From a bacterium (GTDB taxonomy: Bacteria > Zhuqueibacterota > Zhuqueibacteria > Residuimicrobiales > Krinioviventaceae): a DNA stretch of 64,000 bases. The stretch is from contig CAXXFV010000004.1 in assembly GCA_963674595.2 (NCBI GenBank), forward strand, positions 160,001 to 224,000, written 5' to 3'. The notes beneath the pieces were generated by a model that ran no database searches, had not been told where the DNA came from, and saw only the letters and a program-made list of their open reading frames with translations. The first letter of the stretch is position 1, and the number at the start of each line of letters is the position of its first letter. Shown one piece after another: positions 59,803 through 64,000 of this stretch. The translations under genes and the position numbers were made by a program.

Positions 59803-60387
59803 ATGAATATCTGGGACCTTAAAGCTCCGTTTTACCATATGTTTCGCAAGATGTGGCCCCTTAACCTGATCCATAAAAAAGAGACCACATCCATACAAAC
59901 GTTGTTATCATCCATCGGGGACCGGCAAGATGTTGTCCTGGACTTGGGTTGCGGCTGTGGTGATTCTTTTCATTTAGTCCAAAATGCAAAGCACATCTTC
60001 GGCATGGACCAAAGCCTGGTAATGGTTAAACGATACCGTAACAAAACCCAAAGACCGGTTTTTGTAGCCAAAGCTGAACACCTTCCCTTAAAATCAGGTT
60101 CCGTCTCATTATTCTATGTTATCGGCGTTTGTGAATATATAAAAGAGCTTTCTATTACTTTAAAAGAATGGAAACGATCATGCCGGCCAACCGGGAACGT
60201 TATTCTGACCTCTTCACCTCCGGTTTTATTCAATAAATTGCGAATAATCGGCGGCAATAGACTCTATCTTCGCACGAGCAATGTAATGAAAAACCTGATA
60301 AAGCTGTCAGGTTTTTATGTACAAAAAAATTTAAATTCCGGGTCGCAGCAAGCGTTTCTGTTATCAATTAAAAATCCCGGGAAATAA
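59803..60387 (+). CDS. Class I SAM-dependent methyltransferase
   Basis: VLDLGCGCG, GMDQS..M and AEHLPL motifs. Confidence 0.8.
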   Translation: MNIWDLKAPFYHMFRKMWPLNLIHKKETTSIQTLLSSIGDRQDVVLDLGCGCGDSFHLVQNAKHIFGMDQSLVMVKRYRNKTQRPVFVAKAEHLPLKSGSVSLFYVIGVCEYIKELSITLKEWKRSCRPTGNVILTSSPPVLFNKLRIIGGNRLYLRTSNVMKNLIKLSGFYVQKNLNSGSQQAFLLSIKNPGK

Positions 60388-60451
60388 TTAATAAATAAAG
60401 AGAGCTTTTATACTAAAATAAAAGCCCGAAATATTCAACCAGAAATATTTT

Positions 60452-61876
60452 TTATTCTGCCATTACCCCATGGGGACGAAGATTTGCCTTGAGTTCGGCG
60501 TCAAAAGCAAGACCCTTTTGTTTTAGTTTTTCAGCAATTTCAGGGTATTGTGAAATCAAATTCGTTGTTTCACCTATATCTTTTTCCAAATCATAAAGCG
60601 CCCAGTCTGTTTTCAAATGATCTAATTTTGCGGGCATACCACCGGTTCCGCCCGGTCTTCCGTTCAGGGACCTGTATTCATGAGGAAAATGAAATTTCCA
60701 ATTCCCCATACGCACGGCTTCCAGATCATCCAGCCAATAAAAATACAACGCATCATGCGGGGACGCAGCACCGGACTCACCGGCCATCAAAGGCCATATA
60801 TCCAGTCCGTCTATGATATGATTTGGTAACTGCCCGCCGATTAAACCGGCAATGGTCGGAAAAATATCAATATTCATCACAGGTTCGGTACATAGTGAAT
60901 TTTCTTTAATCTTGCCGGGCCAGCGCATAATGCAAGGCACACGATGTCCACCCTCCCAGGTGGTCATTTTTCCTTCCCGCAATGGTTTGGCAGAACCGGC
61001 ATGGTCTCCATAAGAAAGCCACGGACCATTATCGGATGTGAATATAATTAATGTATTCTCATCCAGACCATGCGTTTTTAAAGCCTGCAATACCTGCCCG
61101 ACAGACCAGTCAATTTCCATAATAACGTCACCATACATTCCCTGCTCGGATTTGCCTTTGAACTTGTCGGAAACACCCAGCGGTACATGAGGCATGGAAT
61201 GGGCCAGATAAAGGAAAAAAGGTTTTTCCTTATTTTTTTCAATAAACTGAACAGCCCGTTCCGTATAACGGGTCGTTAACGAATTCATATCCGGATTATA
61301 TTCAACAACAGTATCGCCGTCAAAAAGCGATAAATCAGGAAAGTTTTTTCCGGCAGTCGGATGAAAGGGCCACATGTCATTACTATATGGTAAACCAAAA
61401 TATTCATCAAATCCATTCTGTAGCGGCAGATAGGGTTCTTTGCAGCCCAGGTGCCATTTACCAAATATTCCGGTCGTATAACCTTTTTGCTTGACCAGTT
61501 CTGCCAGGGTCATTTCATCCTTATGAATTCCATAGCCGCTATTGGAATTGAGTGCACCACGAATGCCGATACGATTGGGATAACAGCCGGTCAACAATGC
61601 TGCCCGCGAAGCACTGCAAACCGGTTGGGCCGCATGATAACTTGTAAACCGCATTCCCTGATCGGCCATGCCATCCAAATTTGGTGTTGTAAATCCTTCA
61701 GCCCCAAACACACCAACATCTGCATAACCCTGGTCATCGGTGTAAACAATAATAATATTTGGCAAGCTTGAGTGTTGGGTATTTTTAAAACAGCCCAATC
61801 CACCCAGGGCGGTTAAAGAAGCCCCTTGTAAAATCGTACTTTTAATAAAGTGTCGTCTCGATAATGTATCTGCCAT
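60452..61876 (-). CDS. Cys-type sulfatase (arylsulfatase A-like) with twin-arginine signal
   Basis: SRRHFIK Tat motif; [33 protein letters not shown] and LYDL..D.GE motifs. Confidence 0.94.
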   Translation of the reverse strand: MADTLSRRHFIKSTILQGASLTALGGLGCFKNTQHSSLPNIIIVYTDDQGYADVGVFGAEGFTTPNLDGMADQGMRFTSYHAAQPVCSASRAALLTGCYPNRIGIRGALNSNSGYGIHKDEMTLAELVKQKGYTTGIFGKWHLGCKEPYLPLQNGFDEYFGLPYSNDMWPFHPTAGKNFPDLSLFDGDTVVEYNPDMNSLTTRYTERAVQFIEKNKEKPFFLYLAHSMPHVPLGVSDKFKGKSEQGMYGDVIMEIDWSVGQVLQALKTHGLDENTLIIFTSDNGPWLSYGDHAGSAKPLREGKMTTWEGGHRVPCIMRWPGKIKENSLCTEPVMNIDIFPTIAGLIGGQLPNHIIDGLDIWPLMAGESGAASPHDALYFYWLDDLEAVRMGNWKFHFPHEYRSLNGRPGGTGGMPAKLDHLKTDWALYDLEKDIGETTNLISQYPEIAEKLKQKGLAFDAELKANLRPHGVMAE

Positions 61877-61938
61877 TATGACCTCACTTGTTTAGTAAAA
61901 AATACTATTTTTAATAAAACATATAGATTTTGCTTAAC

Positions 61939-62195
61939 TTGTCAACACTTGTTCACATTATCCACAATTTGTTCACATGGTGTTCAAATAACATGTGGGA
62001 AAAATTATGATTCATTTTTCAATTAAAACAAAGGGTTATCAACAAATCATAACAACATAAATTTTATAATTTTATGCCACGAAAAACTTATCCAATGCAA
62101 CTCTAATAAAATAAACAGCACTATTAAAAATTTTTATTAATCAAAAACATATTAACAAAATGCTTGCAATTTTCACAATCCACAAGTTATCCACA
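61939..62195. other. DnaA-box cluster; candidate chromosomal replication origin (oriC)
   Basis: Perfect TTATCCACA at 61958 and 62187. Variants: TTGTCAACA 61939, TTGTTCACA 61949 and 61969, TGTGGGAAA (reverse) 61994, TTATCAACA 62036, TTATCCAAT 62088, ATTTTCACA 62169, CAATCCACA 62176. All lie in a 400-bp AT-rich non-coding gap. Confidence 0.7.
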
Positions 62196-62278
62196 TTTAA
62201 GTTTGCCCTTTTCATTATACAATTTAATCATCGTTACTGTCAAGAATAGGACACGTCTTTATTTCTGTTAAAACAATT

Positions 62279-62845
62279 TTACAGATTATCAAGAACTCCT
62301 GTTTCCTTTGCTTCCAGCAAGGCATCTATATAGGGTTTGTATAACTTTCTGCAATGATAATCAGGCGGCAGGTATTTTTTATCCAGTAAAAATTCTCCAT
62401 CAACCTGATGTTCAATTGCCTTAAATAATGCGGATAAAGGGACCCATACATAAAATCCCCGTTCATTATAGATACCACCCTCCAACGAGGTATTAATAAT
62501 TTCAAAAACAGAAACATAATCAACAGGCACAAAAAATGTTACAAATTTTTCCTGTTCAACTTTACCATTTAATCGGTTTTCAATATGTTGAGATAAAAAA
62601 ACATTTTTTGTTTCTTCATGAAACTCCCGAACAGCTGTCTGTTCATTGGTTTCCCCGGGTACATGTTTTCCACCAAAACTCGCCCATCCCCTGTCTTTAA
62701 ATTGATGATCGGCAATCAGAATAAAAGTTTGACCACCGCTTTTAAAATAGGGAACAATTCCCGCATTTTTTTGGGCCAAACAGATATTAACTAAAGATAG
62801 CAGAATAAAAACAGACAGGATATAAGGCACATGTTTTTTCATCAA
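62279..62845 (-). CDS. Exported NUDIX-fold hydrolase
   Basis: Signal peptide ICLA|Q; AGIVPY strand; W..FGG....GE....TA.REF.EET Nudix box. Confidence 0.8.
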   Translation of the reverse strand: MMKKHVPYILSVFILLSLVNICLAQKNAGIVPYFKSGGQTFILIADHQFKDRGWASFGGKHVPGETNEQTAVREFHEETKNVFLSQHIENRLNGKVEQEKFVTFFVPVDYVSVFEIINTSLEGGIYNERGFYVWVPLSALFKAIEHQVDGEFLLDKKYLPPDYHCRKLYKPYIDALLEAKETGVLDNL

Positions 62846-62909
62846 AAACCTCGTGGTTTGTTATGAAGGATTTAAGGAAGATAATGGAGATGTGAATAAT
62901 TGTTTACAT

Positions 62910-62954
62910 AAAAAAAGCCCCAAAGACCTTAATCAAAACGATCTTTGAGGCTTT
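62910..62954 (-). terminator. Intrinsic terminator
   Basis: Minus strand AAAGCCTCAAAGATC...GGTCTTTGGGGCTTTTTTT (G-U pairs allowed) after the T9SS cargo gene. Confidence 0.8.
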
Positions 62955-62967
62955 AAGTTAATAAAAA

Positions 62968-63999
62968 TTATTTAACCAGTAAACACTTTTGTGATAAAAT
63001 TTGGTTTGGGGTAACCAAACGATACAGATAAACACCGGAAGAAACTTTTTGATTCAGCATATTTGTTCCATCCCATGACATGGTGTGTAGACCTGTTGAC
63101 AGGCGTTGATTTTGGACCAAACTTTTAATTAAAACACCATTACTATTGTAAACATTTAAAGTTACAGTTTGATCGGAAGGTAACCGGAACTCGATGGTGG
63201 TTGTCGGATTAAAAGGATTGGGATAATTTCCTAAAGCATATGCCTGAGGAAGCTGTGCGTCGGGCCGGTCAGTGACCTCAACATTACGATCATAAGTATA
63301 AGTAGTTCGGTATACTTTAAGCCAGGAGTTTAAAAACCAGGTATAACCAATCTCTACACTGACCCAATTATCGTCATTATATGTGTATTCTGATTTTGTT
63401 CCTATAAAAACAACCCACTGAGTTCCATCCCACGTCGAATACATATATTCGGACTCATTTCCATGAGCATCATAGCTATATTCGTATTTGTAGCTATTGA
63501 CCCATTGAGAACCATTCCAGTCTTCAGTGAGCCACAATGTCCAATTCTGACTTGTTCCATCATAAGTAAACGTGTCACGAGCACTCTTTTGCCATGCAGA
63601 TCCGTCCCATAAAAAATAAGTGGTTACTCCCTGTCGGCCCTGAGCATCGTTTGTTGTTTCATAACGTTCGGTATTGACATAAGCAGCCCCATTCCACATT
63701 TGTACAACTTCTACTTCTTTACCGCCTTCTACAGAAAATGTTGTTTTGGACATTTGGCCCCATGCCTGAGTAACGGGATTCCACATTTCCGTGTACATTT
63801 CAGTAGTATTGCCGGACCCATCATAAACCACAGTGGTTTTACTACCTCCGATCATCGTTCCATTATCATACGAGCTGGAAGTCATGGTAACCGGCAAACC
63901 CTGAGCATTATAGGTGTTCAGCATTTCTAAAAAAAGTACCCAGGAACCGCTTTCATAACTATATTGTTTCATGGAAGATATTCCATTAGCCGAATTATA
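62968..63999 (-). CDS. T9SS-CTD protein with tandem ~31-aa Trp/Tyr beta-repeats (DUF3836-like); 5' end lies beyond the window
   Basis: The frame stays open to the window edge (YNSANGISS precedes the track's Met). Repeats W(N/D)G..W....(K/R)..Y.YD..GN; C-terminal GNYPNPFNPTTTI...WDGTN...SGVY.Y...KCLLVK. Confidence 0.85.
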   Translation of the reverse strand, partial: YNSANGISSMKQYSYESGSWVLFLEMLNTYNAQGLPVTMTSSSYDNGTMIGGSKTTVVYDGSGNTTEMYTEMWNPVTQAWGQMSKTTFSVEGGKEVEVVQMWNGAAYVNTERYETTNDAQGRQGVTTYFLWDGSAWQKSARDTFTYDGTSQNWTLWLTEDWNGSQWVNSYKYEYSYDAHGNESEYMYSTWDGTQWVVFIGTKSEYTYNDDNWVSVEIGYTWFLNSWLKVYRTTYTYDRNVEVTDRPDAQLPQAYALGNYPNPFNPTTTIEFRLPSDQTVTLNVYNSNGVLIKSLVQNQRLSTGLHTMSWDGTNMLNQKVSSGVYLYRLVTPNQILSQKCLLVK

Positions 64000-64000
64000 A

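Noticed and set aside
61939-61990. TTGTTCACA-like short repeats as a CRISPR array or plasmid iterons
   Set aside because: The units are 9-mers matching the DnaA box, with no spacers, cas genes or rep gene.
1-64000. tRNA, rRNA, IS elements, integrases, prophage genes
   Set aside because: None recognised by eye. The intergenic gaps are short and AT-rich. tRNAscan-SE and Infernal would be needed to exclude small RNAs formally.

Overview
This AT-rich bacterial chromosomal window is gene-dense, with about 55 CDS. I saw no rRNA, tRNA, CRISPR array, transposase or phage genes. The organism has a diderm envelope (lpxB, lpxK, lptFG, tonB-exbBD), a type IX secretion translocon (sprA) and three T9SS/FlgD-Ig C-terminal-domain cargo genes. 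It also uses ordinary sigma70 promoters and AGGAG ribosome-binding sites. Together these suggest a non-Bacteroidota FCB-superphylum lineage such as KSB1 or Calditrichota (inference). Main blocks: (1) T9SS cargo plus a sprA-glutaminyl cyclase-prmA-DUF4390 operon; (2) lptFG; (3) cutA-MBL hydrolase-tonB-exbB-exbD; (4) a glycan/peptide utilisation stretch (DUF4091, AEC transporter, PqaA, URO-D-like, FucU, S8, GH43, sialidase-like); (5) porin-zupT, SWIM-SNF2 helicase and PTS-IIA-CLC; (6) pepT to a methyltransferase; (7) RHH-sat-cysC; (8) gnnA-like-lpxB-DUF374-lpxK; (9) a sigma54 regulator; (10) methyltransferase-bshC-bshB1; (11) a sulfatase. The best leads are a dense DnaA-box cluster at 61.9-62.2 kb (oriC candidate with no dnaA nearby), a TonB-type membrane anchor apparently fused to a BlaI/MecI-like winged helix, a candidate N-methyl-bacillithiol operon, and a glutaminyl cyclase co-transcribed with sprA in a window where most signal peptides are followed by Gln. 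Three single-base frameshifts cluster at 19-23 kb and are probably sequencing errors. All family assignments come from recognising motifs by eye, not from database searches.
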